From Octopus sinensis (lineage: Eukaryota), in NCBI RefSeq assembly GCF_006345805.1, contig NC_042997.1, forward strand, positions 207,824,001-207,888,000: a DNA stretch of 64,000 bases, written 5' to 3'. Below are positions 1 to 10,400 of the stretch, in pieces. The notes beneath the pieces were generated by a model. That model did not search any database. It saw nothing but the letters and a program-made list of their open reading frames with translations, and was not told the DNA's origin. Position 1 is the first letter of the stretch, and every line of letters begins with the position of its first letter. A program made the position numbers and the translations under genes.

Positions 1-270
1 GTTGTTAGTTGCAGTATGCTCCGATGGATATGCAACGTCAGTGTGCATGTATGACAAAGTGGAAATGTGCTGAGAGAAAAGTTGGTCGTAAGCGGAACGA
101 ATTGCTGCATGCAAGAGACAAGATTGCATTGGTTTGGACATGTGATGTGTATGAATGGAAATAGCTGTATATAGAAGTGTTGATTGCTTAAAGGGGATGG
201 CAGCTGTGGAAGAGAGAGCCAATCTCAAGATGACAATGGATTGAGATGTCTGGTAAAAGAAGGTTCTCGA
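1..270 (+). mobile_element. RTE-clade LINE, decayed 3' coding fragment
   Basis: Reads MLRWICNVSVH...LREKL...QETRLHWFGHVM, the same C-terminal RTE segment seen at 34.8-35.1, 46.9-47.2, 52.0-52.3 and 54.5-54.8 kb. Confidence 0.75.
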
Positions 271-917
271 GAAGACCTGCCCACCCCACTGCTGTGTCTT
301 CCACCCCTATCTAACATTAAATCATTCATCACACCCTACCTCAATAGACCAAAACTACATCTCTGCTCCTCTTCCTCATGCACTATGCTTACCTCTCCCT
401 CTCTTCTCCTGCAATCCTGTCCTTCCTCTCCTGCTGGCATTCACATGAACCCCCTATTCATGCACCCTGGGAAATCCAATACTATCCCATTTACATTCCC
501 ATCCTCATACATTAAGAGTATACCCTGGCACATTACCACCGTCTCGCTCTCTCTCTCTCTCTCTCTCTTTCTCTTTCCCTCTGACTCGGGTAACCATGTC
601 TCTCCATGTCGTGCAATGCTTCCCACCCCCACCCAAGTGAATGAAAGTGGATTAGCACATTGCTATAAAATGGAGAACTGTCCAAGTGTCAGCGGTTGAT
701 TGGTTGGCAAGCAGTTGACTGTGAGCCATTTGGCAGAGAGTGCTTAACCTCATGTTTCTTTCTTCTGTCCTTCGTTGAATTATTTGTCCAACACACAAGG
801 ATGCAAAACTCCACTACAGCAAGACACCTGTTTCCATCCTTCAGTCATACTTTATCTACACATCACCTCACACCACAAAGCCACCTCCTTCAATACCACA
901 GCCCCTCCTCTCAAAGG

Positions 918-1716
918 ATCTTTGTTTTGCAAGTTACTTGGTGACCTTGCTGGGTCTGGTGCCATGTATAAAGCATCCAGTCCACTCTGTATAATGGTTG
1001 GCATTAGGAATGGCATCCTGCTATAAAAACGATATGAGAGGAGACTTTACCAGTGCAGGTGTCACTTAAAATGCCCCTTGCCCTCTCTGTGAAATGGTTG
1101 GCATTAGGAATGGCATCCAAATGTAAAAGCCATGACAAAGCAGACCCCACCCCATTCTACCCCCTCATACCCTAGTCACTTCCTTTTGGACAAGCCTTCT
1201 CTCTCTCTCTTGACCCTCTCCCATCTTCCTTCTCCTTCCTTGTCCTACTAGCCTTTCACCCTTTCAGGGTTCAAGAAATTAGTACCAGTTGAATACTGGG
1301 GTCGATGCAATCAACTAACCTTCCCTCCAAATTGCTGGCCTTGTGTCAGAATTTGAAATCAAGGGACATTTGGGGATGTGTTGTGCTTGAGAGGACCCAT
1401 CAAGTCAAGCGCATGTGTGCTGGTGGCACATAAAGAATATCTTTTGAATGTTGGGCCTCCCAGAAGCAAAGTGGCTGAGTTCTTTTCAAGCGTTGGGCCT
1501 CACAGAGGCAATGACCAAGATTTTTGGTATTATGTCATGTTTGGGAAGATCCATCAAGACATGTAAAAGCACCCGTTACACGCTCGGAGAGGTTGGTGTT
1601 AGGAAGGGCATTCAGCCAAAGAAAACCATGCCAAATCAGACTGGAGTCTGATGCAGCCTTCCAGCTTGTGAGCCCAGTCAAAGCATGGACAAAGGAACTT
1701 AAATGATGACGGTGAT
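918..1716 (+). mobile_element. Cluster of RTE 3'-tail/SINE-like repeats
   Basis: Three copies of the tggttggcattaggaa(g/t)ggcatcc motif, ending in a (GAT)-like tail at ~1704-1716; the same tail follows RTE coding ends elsewhere in the window. Confidence 0.65.
1250..1361 (+). mobile_element. 3' half of an octopus-type SINE (dispersed homologue of the satellite monomer)
   Basis: agtaccagttgaatactggggtcgatgcaatcaact...aaattgctggccttgtgtcagaatttgaaatc aligns by eye with the 115-bp satellite monomer. Confidence 0.75.
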
Positions 1717-2348
1717 GATATATCTTTAGAAATGGTTGGGTAGTTATATGTATTTTTAGTGAAATAGTTTTTATTTTTCTTTTGTCTAAATAACTTCATC
1801 ACTAACTTGTCTCTGATATTGTCATGTCTTTAACCAAAGTACAATATTCTAGAATACAAGAATGAGCCCCGACGAGAAATGTTGAAATTCCCATCTCTAC
1901 CTTAAAACACACAGTTTTAATGATCTGAAGACCTTTACACAGTTGCTCAGGCTGATAGAAATAGCAGGAAAGTATCCCTCCCATTACACCCTGCCTTCTT
2001 CAAAACAGAAGCTACCATTCTAGATATTGGAATGGTCGTGGCTGGATTGTCTTTTGTCATAAATCTGCTCAATCAAATTTTGTTTCTTATATTTTACACT
2101 TTACTTATCCCTAAATAGAAATACCTTTTACATTTAAGGATCAGTAAACATTAACTAAAGGACCCATGATCATCATCACCATCATAATGATCATCATCAC
2201 TGTTTTAACGTCCGCTTTTCCCTGCTTGCATGGGTTGGACAAAATTTGATGATGAGTTGGATTTTCTACAGCTGGATGCCCTTCTTGTTGCCATCCCTCA
2301 CCTATTTCCAAGTAAGGTAATGTTTCCCAGTGACCAGACATGTTTTAA

Positions 2349-3374
2349 CCCTTTCGTTACCAATCCGCCCAAAGCCGCCCAAATTTACCTATTCATATTT
2401 AAATGAGAATATCAGAGCAAATCTCTTTAGTACATTCGTGAAAACATGTATTATACTTCATAAACAGTTCAACTACAGTTTTGTACAATAATTGAAGTGT
2501 AATTTTAATTCCGTGTATTTTGGGAGATTTTTTTCCGAAATTTATTCCTATTGTATTTTCAAAATTTATAATTCTGACAAAAAATGGATACAAATTTCAT
2601 TATATCAAGCAGCGAGTCAGAATTCGAAGGATTTTCTACTGAAAACCTTCATAAATCTAACTCTGTGACTGAAAAAAAAAAGCACGAGGTATTTGATAAT
2701 GAATCCGATGTTTCATTTTCCGAAAGTGAAAACAGTGAATCCGAGATCTCCGACAGCGATAAAGAAAATGAATTGGCACCTGAATGGAGTGAAAATTTAA
2801 AAACTGTTTCTTTCGGTGATTTTTCTGAAGAAACTGGACCAAGCCACAGACTTTCCCAGGAGAGTAAAGCCTTAGACTATTTCTATTTACTTTTTCGAAT
2901 GAGCCTATTTGAAATCATTACGGCGGAAACGAACCGTTATGCTAAAGGAAAGGATAGTTAGTGGTTTCCCACAACCTTAAATGAAATTAAGACTATTTTG
3001 CCATAGATATTATTATGGGTATCAGAAAGTTACCCAGAATAACAAATTCTATCGTAAAATTTTGTTGTATACCCAATTGAATATTAGCTAATAACCCATT
3101 TTCTATGGCGATGTTTGAACAAAATTTTAATAATTTTATATTTTGTTGAATTTACCTGTATCTACCTGCAATTAGAGTCACTTTGTGACAAAAATTATAG
3201 TATAGAATTGGTTGAGAATATTTCATTAAATTATCTTCCAAAAATCAGATTAATATATTGATAAATAAAATAGTTATAGCTGTTTAATGAAACCAGACTA
3301 AATTTATGATTACGTTAGAAATTAATTGAAACACATAAGGGGTGTATTTTGGTCAGAAATATAGTAACAAAAGG
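2349..3374 (+). mobile_element. Internally deleted piggyBac-like DNA transposon inserted in a SINE-like repeat
   Basis: TTAA (2345-2348) followed by CCCTTTCGTTAC; degenerate inverted copy GTAACAAAAGG at 3364-3374; carries a piggyBac-type transposase N-terminus; the host repeat appears to continue on both sides. Confidence 0.75.
2584..3045 (+). pseudogene. piggyBac (PGBD4-like) transposase N-terminal remnant
   Basis: Acidic Ser-rich N-terminus, then DYFYLLF...IITAETNRYA, a stop, then WFPTTLNEIK and IIMGIRKLP; no DDD catalytic region. Confidence 0.75.
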
Positions 3375-3464
3375 AAGATTGGAAATGAAGGACACTGCTT
3401 GTATGACAGGGACACTCATTTACAACAAGCACGGAGACAGTAACATACAGACGGACAGACAGAC

Positions 3465-3628
3465 AGATGGCTTCTTTCAGTCTTCGTCTACCAAATCCAC
3501 TCATAAGGCTTTGGTCAACCCAAGGCTATATTAGAATACATTTGTTCAAAGTGCTACACAGTGGGACTGAACCCAGAACCATATGGCTGGGAAGCAACCA
3601 TCTTACCACACAGCCACACCTGTGCCTA
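3465..3628 (-). mobile_element. tRNA-derived SINE
   Basis: Minus strand starts aggcacaggtgtggctgtgtggtaag...ctgggttcagtcccactg (A/B-box-like); a related piece lies at ~10220-10260. Confidence 0.65.
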
Positions 3629-3796
3629 TATGGAGTTGTTAAATAATTGGAACTGCATTTTAATGCTAAAATCTCCATATTTGAAGAATTCTCAAAATCA
3701 TTTAAAAGTAAAATGTGTTAAAATGTCAGTAAATTGACTTCAGTTTGATTCTTTTACCAAAATTTCATTTATTTCCATTCATTGTATTTATTGCAG

Positions 3797-4030
3797 ATTT
3801 TGAGAATGTTCAGAGGATGTGTCCAGAAACCCCCTTGGATGGAAATCAACTGGAAGTGGAAAGAATTGAGGAAATAAACAGTGTTCAAGTGAAAAACGTT
3901 TCTTCAAATGTCAGCTCTGAGATTCTTAAAAGCTATTTTGGAGACAGAGAAAGAAGTTCTGGTGGAGAAATTTCTTCAGTTCAAAAACAAACCTCTGATA
4001 CTTACATTGTAAGTTTTAAAGAGGCGTATG
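3797..4030 (+). CDS. PARP14: Internal coding exon, RRM-like repeat of a PARP14/PARP10-type protein
   Basis: ttgcag| acceptor, |gtaagt donor, 234 nt, phase 1-1, open frame: DFENVQRMCPETPLDGNQLEVERIEEINSVQVKNVSSNVSSEILKSYFGDRERSSGGEISSVQKQTSDTYIVSFKEAY. The L..YF...R.SGG.I..V......V.F pattern is typical of macro-PARP N-terminal RRMs. The symbol denotes the family, not proven orthology. Confidence 0.8.
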
Positions 4031-4084
4031 GTAAGTAATTTTTTTTCTCCTCTCATTGTCTAGTCTACCTATCAGAATCAGTTA

Positions 4085-4610
4085 TTATCATTCTTTTAAT
4101 TCAGGTTTTGTTGGAACTCCTGGTGGCTTGCTATCCACAGCCTTCGGTACCTCTTCTGTTCAGCCATGGAATATTTTCTTGATGATAATGGCTGTGACAA
4201 GGTGGCAGACAGCTCTGTCCTCATTTCCTCTTAATATTTTCTGATACTGTCCCCAGGGCCCCAATAATAATTAGTACTATCTCCATCTTTCACGGTCAAG
4301 CACATTTAAGAGGATTGTCTACTTGTTCACCTAACTAACTGTGGGTCAAAGGCGTATGCAACATCAGTTATAGAGCACATGTGGTTCACCTTGTCCACAA
4401 CGACCAGGTCTGTCTTGTTGTACTCAAGCGCTTGGCCCATTCTGCATTGAAAAATCCCACAAGATTTTACAGGTCTCTGCCTCTGTGATTCTCTGTGGTT
4501 TGTGTTTGTACCATGTTTTGCTTCTCTCTAAACCAAACTTTCCTCACACTTTCCAATGCAGCACTTTTGCAACCTCATCATGTCACTACAGCTCATATTG
4601 GTTCGGGGCA
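4085..4610 (-). mobile_element. R4/Dong-like RLE LINE, 3' fragment (host of the CR1 insertion; resumes at 7415-7448)
   Basis: Minus-strand remnants LAPNQY..HDEVAKVLHW, KILWDF and NKTDLVVVDK; the ETIA..VNEC part lies just beyond the CR1. Confidence 0.7.
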
Positions 4611-7416
4611 AGTTAGTTAGTTAGTTAATTTGGCTCAAAAGCAAATAGCAAGGCCATGTAGGGGGACATGGAGTTAAGTACAGGGTGGTGTTCATGTAAA
4701 GAGTTCAGGCCACTTGAGGTCCAGGGAGGCTTTGAACAAAGCGGTCGTCGGCATCTTCACCATCTCGTCTGGCAGCTTGTTCCACGGATCCGCAACCCGG
4801 ACGGAGAAAGCTCCTCTCCTTCGATTGAGATGAAATCGTCGCAGGTAGAGCTTTTCGGAATGACCCCGCAGCCGACGCTCCGGAGCAGGAGTGAAGAACA
4901 GCTCTTTCGAGAGGTTACACTTCCTGCTTATGATGTAGTGGGCGAGAATGAGATCACCATGGCAGCGGCGTTTTTCAAGAGAATAAAGGTCGAGCGTCCT
5001 CAGCCTTTCTTCGTAGGACAAATTTTTGAGACCATGAACCATGCGGGTAGCCAGCCTCTGGACTCTTTCGAGATGCTGTATGTCTTTGAGGAGATAAGGA
5101 GAAGAGGCTTGAATCCCATACTCCAATATGGGTCTCACCAGCGTGACATAGAGTGGCAGGAATATGGCTGCTGTGAGCATTCCGAATGACCGTCGAATCA
5201 AAAACAGAATTCCACGCGCTTTGTTGGCAGTATGGACGCACTGGGCCGAAGGCGAAAAGGAGGAATCCACCAAGATACCCAGATCCTTTACCTGATCGGT
5301 CCTCTCCAGCAGCAGACGACCCGGCTCGAAATCAAGTTGAGTTGCAGGAGTAGAGCCGACAGGCAGATGACAGCACTTTGACACCTTCAGACACAGGTCC
5401 CAATCGTTAGACCACTTCCAAATTTGGTGGAGGCATCGACGAAGATCCTCTATACTACCGCGAGGAGCGACCAGTTTGATATCGTCGGCAAATAGAAGGG
5501 TGTGTTGCGTGAGGTCGACGGGCAAGTCATTTATGAAGACTAAGAACAACAAGGACCCAAGCACTGAACCTTGAGGCACGCCACTGCTCGCACTGGAGAC
5601 GTCGGACCGCGAACCATTAACTTGAACTTGGAAGGAGCGATTTGAGAGGAAGGCACCAACCCATCGTACAATATCCGGATGGAAACTATATGCTTGAAGC
5701 TTGACAAGTAGTAGGCGGTGGTTTACCGAGTCAAAAGCTTTGGCAAAGTCCAATAAAACGATGTCAACAGCATCACTATCATCGAGGATGCGCGTCACCA
5801 ATTCTTCCATTACTAGTAAGTTGGTCAAGCATGATCTCTTCGGCACGAAGCCGTGTTGGGAATCAGTGATCGAGGCTGTGTTTAGGAGGTGGAGCATCAT
5901 ACTTTTCTTAAGGATGGTTTCGAACATCTTGCTGATTATTGATGTAAGGGAAACCGGTCGGTAGTTAAGCGGGTCTTCGCGGCTCCCTTTCTTGAAAATT
6001 GGGCAGATTATCGCTGTTCTCCAGTCTGCAGGTATAACACCCGTCGCCAATGACATATTGAATAGTCGTGTTAAGGGCTCGCAGATGACCGGAGCCAACG
6101 CTTTGATAACCCGTGGGTGTATGCCGTCAGGGCCGTGACCCTTGTTGACATCGAGGCCTTGAATAACACGTTTGACTTCGTCCCGCATGATGATCAATCG
6201 AAGCATTGGAGGTACCGATCTATCAAATAGAGGGGGTTCACGACCATCATCTTGTTTGAAAATAGTTGAAAAAGCCTCGGCAAATAATTGACTCTGTTGA
6301 TAAGGGTCCTCAATCGATACGCCTGTTGAGTCTACCAACGTTGCAATCTGGTTGTTCAAGCGGGAATTCCGCTGGACATGGGCAAAGAAGGTTTTTGGAT
6401 TGCTACTGGCATTTGCCGCGATTTTGTATTCATAACTGAAGCGTTCTTTCTTTTCAATTTTCACGGCTCGGTCTCGTTGAGTTTTGTACACCTCAAAAGC
6501 TGCAGTCGAATCCAGATTTTTGAATTCAGCCCAAGCAATATCTCTGAGTCGATGTTCTCGTTTAACCTTCTTCGTCACCCAGGGCTTGTGTTTCTTCCTC
6601 TTTGGAAGCCCAACGGGAACTGCCTGGTCAGTCAAACAGATTACATATGCTTTGAGGGATGACCATAGTTCGTCAACTGAGGACAACGTCATCAGGGATC
6701 GCCAGTCCAGAAGCGCGGAAGCCTCGGTTAGAATTTCAAGATTAATTGCAGAGAAGACTCTACGTGGCAGCGAAGTAGTCGTGGGCGTGGAAAAAGTTGT
6801 GTGCATGACGAACTTCAGGACCGCATGATCACTCTTGGCAAGAGGGGCGCACACAGATACGTCTGACACTGATCTTGGATAGCGGGAGAATACCAGATCT
6901 AGCATAGATGGCTGCTGCCCAGACCGATGCCTTGTCGGATATTCAACATGTTGCGATAGAAAACAATCTTCAGCCACGTCAAGAAGGGCCTGGCCGAACC
7001 GGGAAGATGTTGTACAAATTGATGCGGGCCAATCGATCGTGGGAGCGTTGAAGTCGCCTAGTACCAAGCAGTCATGCGAAGCTGAAACGAATCTTATCGC
7101 TTCGAGTAGATGAGCATCGTCCTGGGGGTCGGCTAGAGGCGGCCTGTAGACAGCCAACACGGGCAGGCAAAACTCAGATAGGCTCAGCTTGCAATAGACG
7201 GCATCGAATTTGGTTGTAGGTTGAGCATTTGTGGGTAGAATACCGCAGGACGGTTTGTGCTCAGACTTAACATACACAGCAACACCTCCACCTTGCCTTT
7301 TTCCTCTGTCACATCTGAAAAGGACGTAGCCCTGCAGGTGGATTTCTGAGTCCTTTACTGCTGGAGTCAGCCAAGTCTCGGTGATAGCTATTGATAGCGG
7401 TGATAGCGGTGATAGC
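4611..7416 (-). mobile_element. CR1-clade LINE, 5'-truncated, young
   Basis: (TAAC)4 3' tail at 4611-4626, short 3' UTR, uninterrupted ORF2, 5' junction with 9-mer repeats. Confidence 0.9.
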
Positions 7417-7418
7417 AT
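4692..7418 (-). CDS. LINE ORF2: APE endonuclease + reverse transcriptase (908 aa, N-terminally truncated)
   Basis: APE motifs IAITETWL, GGGVAVYV, GDFN, LDLVF, SDH; RT motifs NYRPVSLTS, QHGF, LDFAKAFDSV, GVPQGSVLG, LFADD, DLGI; CR1-type C-terminus LERVQRLATRMV...SLEKRR.GDLI. The initial Met comes from the insertion junction. Confidence 0.92.
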   Translation of the reverse strand: MLSPLSPLSIAITETWLTPAVKDSEIHLQGYVLFRCDRGKRQGGGVAVYVKSEHKPSCGILPTNAQPTTKFDAVYCKLSLSEFCLPVLAVYRPPLADPQDDAHLLEAIRFVSASHDCLVLGDFNAPTIDWPASICTTSSRFGQALLDVAEDCFLSQHVEYPTRHRSGQQPSMLDLVFSRYPRSVSDVSVCAPLAKSDHAVLKFVMHTTFSTPTTTSLPRRVFSAINLEILTEASALLDWRSLMTLSSVDELWSSLKAYVICLTDQAVPVGLPKRKKHKPWVTKKVKREHRLRDIAWAEFKNLDSTAAFEVYKTQRDRAVKIEKKERFSYEYKIAANASSNPKTFFAHVQRNSRLNNQIATLVDSTGVSIEDPYQQSQLFAEAFSTIFKQDDGREPPLFDRSVPPMLRLIIMRDEVKRVIQGLDVNKGHGPDGIHPRVIKALAPVICEPLTRLFNMSLATGVIPADWRTAIICPIFKKGSREDPLNYRPVSLTSIISKMFETILKKSMMLHLLNTASITDSQHGFVPKRSCLTNLLVMEELVTRILDDSDAVDIVLLDFAKAFDSVNHRLLLVKLQAYSFHPDIVRWVGAFLSNRSFQVQVNGSRSDVSSASSGVPQGSVLGSLLFLVFINDLPVDLTQHTLLFADDIKLVAPRGSIEDLRRCLHQIWKWSNDWDLCLKVSKCCHLPVGSTPATQLDFEPGRLLLERTDQVKDLGILVDSSFSPSAQCVHTANKARGILFLIRRSFGMLTAAIFLPLYVTLVRPILEYGIQASSPYLLKDIQHLERVQRLATRMVHGLKNLSYEERLRTLDLYSLEKRRCHGDLILAHYIISRKCNLSKELFFTPAPERRLRGHSEKLYLRRFHLNRRRGAFSVRVADPWNKLPDEMVKMPTTALFKASLDLKWPELFT

Positions 7419-7473
7419 TCATTCACAGTAAGGGCAATGGTTTCATTAAATTATTATTATTATTATTATTATT

Positions 7474-8023
7474 GAGTGAGAGAGCAGTGCATGCCATCAA
7501 AGTGATACTGGGGCAAAATATACGAAGCCCAGTATACACATCATGACTATCCGTCTGATAAGGGTACACCAGGCACATGCATCACAACCATATGTGTGCA
7601 ATATGGTGATCTCATATCTAGATAAACAGTGCATGACCTTGCATGTAGAGCCCAGTTAGAATTTTCTTCTGGTCGAGTAACCCATCCTGCTCAAAAGGTT
7701 CCCAAATAAGGGTTGTTTAAGGATTTTGAACGAAACCCCCATGTTTCCAGAGGTGAATAATTCAAACCCCAAAGACTCCCTCTCAACACATGGTTATGAT
7801 GCTCCCCCACTACTTCTGCTCATAATCAGAGATTCACATATCATCAGCCACTAAGGGACATGCTCAACTGGTTACGGTCAAACAACTGACAAGCAAATCT
7901 GTGGTATTGAGCAAAATATTTGTTGCAGCCCATCTTTTATACTAAGGCAAAACAATGTACATGATAACACTTCCAACCAGATCAGAAGCCACGAGAGCCA
8001 CTGCCTGATACTGCATCAGGGCA
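7474..8023 (-). mobile_element. ~550-bp non-coding interspersed repeat ending in (AAT)n, copy 1
   Basis: Homologous to 8052-8559 and, reverse-complemented, to 59087-59644 and 60011-60570; bounded by TTA microsatellites. Strand inferred from the position of the (AAT)n tail. Confidence 0.8.
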
Positions 8024-8051
8024 GATTATTATTATTGTTGTTGTTGTTATT

Positions 8052-8559
8052 GAGAGAACAGTGCATGCCATCAAAGTGACACTGATGTAAAATATACAAA
8101 GGTACACCAGGCATATGCATCACTACTATATGTGCACAACATGGTGATCTCATATCAAGATAAACAGGGCATGATCTTGCAGGTGGGGCCTAGTTAGAAT
8201 TTTCTTCAGGTCGAGTAGCCCATCCCGCTCAAAAAGTCACTGAACAAGGTTTTTATAAGGATGATGAGTAAAACACCCATGTTTCCATGTTTCAAAGGTG
8301 AATTATCCAAACCCCATAGAATTCTTCTCAGCACATGGTTATAATGCTCCTCCACTACTTCTTCTTGTGATCAGAGATGCACTTATCGTCAGCCATCAAG
8401 GGACATGCTCAACTGGTAAAGGACAAGCAAATCTGTGGCATTGAACAGAATATTTGCTGTAGCCCATCTTTTCATACCAAGACAAAACAATGTACATGAT
8501 AACACTTCCCAATCATTTAAGATCAGATGCCAAGAGAGCAACTGCCTGGTACGGCATCA
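8052..8559 (-). mobile_element. ~550-bp non-coding interspersed repeat, copy 2 (diverged, internal deletions)
   Basis: Colinear with 7474-8023 and separated from it by a (TTA)/(TTG) microsatellite. Confidence 0.8.
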
Positions 8560-8984
8560 TATCAATAATATTAATACGCTTAGTTTTGTTTGTTTTTGTA
8601 TGTACAAAGAAGTGAGTGGAAAAGCAAGAGAGAGGAGGACAGAGAGGAAGAAAGAGAGAGTGAGAGAGAAAGAGAGAGTGAGCAAAATAGGCAGTAAGTG
8701 GTGGCGGTGTTCGTTTTGTGCTTTTAAATGTTTCAGAGAGAAAGAGAGAGAGTGAGAGGCAGTGATTGGTGTTGGTATTCTTATGTTTTGAATGTTGATA
8801 CATATACACATTGTTAAATTAAAAGCAGGAGAGGAGGGACAGAGAGGAAGTGAGAGAGAAAGTGAGAGAAACAGTAGAGGCATAGATCCAAAGAAAAGTT
8901 GATACATAGACACGTAGTTAAATCAAAGCAAATAACTGCAGCAAATATTGGATGTCACTTTCGCTTTTCATTACCATACGAGGA

Positions 8985-9122
8985 TAAAATTAACTCGCAA
9001 GTGGCTGAGTACTCCACAGACATGCATATCATTATCTCAGCCTCACACAGAAATTGACATGGCTTGCCCCTTTGAATTACAGCTAGAATTCATTTTGGCC
9101 AGCTGAGTGAACTGGAGCAAGA
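8985..9122 (-). mobile_element. SINE fragment
   Basis: aaattaactcgcaagtggctgagtactccacagacatgc...cccctttgaattacag is shared with 9476-9720. Confidence 0.65.
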
Positions 9123-9467
9123 CAGACCTTCAAGTGATCGGAAGAAAACAAATAAAAATCCTATATAGGGGCAGGAAAATTTTTTTAATCTTTAGGGTCA
9201 ATATGGATATTAAACCAGTCATAACAGTGGCATTTGTGGGCCTCACAGAACTGGAGGCCAAGCCCCCAGATCACAGGCTATTGTTATCAAATTGAGAGTG
9301 AATACATGATGGAATAGCAATTATTTCATCTGAGCATTGATAATGCTAAACACACAACATTTTTGACTTACGATATGGAACATTTTCTTTTCTTTCACTT
9401 TTTTTAAAAAATGGCACTCCATTGGTTATGATGATGAGGTTCCTGTTTATCTGATCAACAGAACAGT

Positions 9468-9720
9468 CTGCTCGTAAAATTAACGTGCAAGTGGCTGAGT
9501 ACTCCACAGACATGCATGCCATAATGTAGTTCTCAGGGAGATTCAGCCTCACACAGAATGTTATAGGGCTGACCCCTTTGAATTACAGCGACAACTCATT
9601 TTGGTCAGCTGCAGCAAGGTGAAGTAGAGTACCTTGCTCAAAAACACAGTGCGCTGCAAGGAATCGTACTTGTGACTTTATGATCATGGGCCGAAAACAC
9701 CTAAGCACTGAGCCACATAC
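9468..9720 (-). mobile_element. tRNA-derived SINE
   Basis: Minus strand begins gtggctcagtgcttagg (A-box-like), with a decayed B-box and a central ttgagcaaggtac motif; paralogous to 8985-9122. Confidence 0.65.
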
Positions 9721-10400
9721 CTTCACTCTCTTAACCATAGAGAAAAGGACTGAAATGAGAGAGGCAGAGAAAGGAAAGCCTCAGTCATTTAAAATGACAA
9801 TTAGACTGGAATACGATCGATCTTTCCTTGCTTCTTTACTCTTAACAATGAAGAAGAGGGAAAGACATTTAGGAATGAATAGAGGGAAAATTCTTTATTC
9901 TAGGAGTTCTCTCTTCTTTCCTCCCACCCACCAGTACTTATTCACCTCCTTTCATAGTTCTTCATGTCTTTTAGTTGGGGGGAAAGACCACGTTTTTATT
10001 TTCAGGCATGTTTAATGTTTTCTCCACAAACTACAATCAAGCCCCACTCTGTTCCTTTTCTTTTCATACAAAAACTAATCCAAATTTCGAACAGGATACA
10101 GCTGTGAAAAGAGCCCAGAAAAATGAGTAATACCCCTTACAAAATGGGTGGGGGAGAAAAGTTGCGAACAGGTGGCTACATGAAGTTCAACTCTATACTT
10201 TAAAGAGTGTCTACTGACCAAAGCCTCATGAGTGAATTTGGTAGATGGAAACTGAAAGAAAATATCAAGAGAATAAGCACCAGGCTTACAAAGAATAAGT
10301 CCAGGGGTCGGTTGCTTCAACTAAAAGGCAATGCTCCAGCATGGCCACACTCAAATGACTGAAAGTAGTAACAGAGTAAAAGAGTAACATATATATATAT

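Noticed and set aside
184-1026. 171-aa and neighbouring ORFs
   Set aside because: They cross RTE remnant, pyrimidine-rich and (CT)n sequence; no domain signal or splice support.
4668-6828. Plus-strand ORFs of 87-173 aa
   Set aside because: Antisense shadows of the GC-rich CR1 ORF2; no recognisable motifs.
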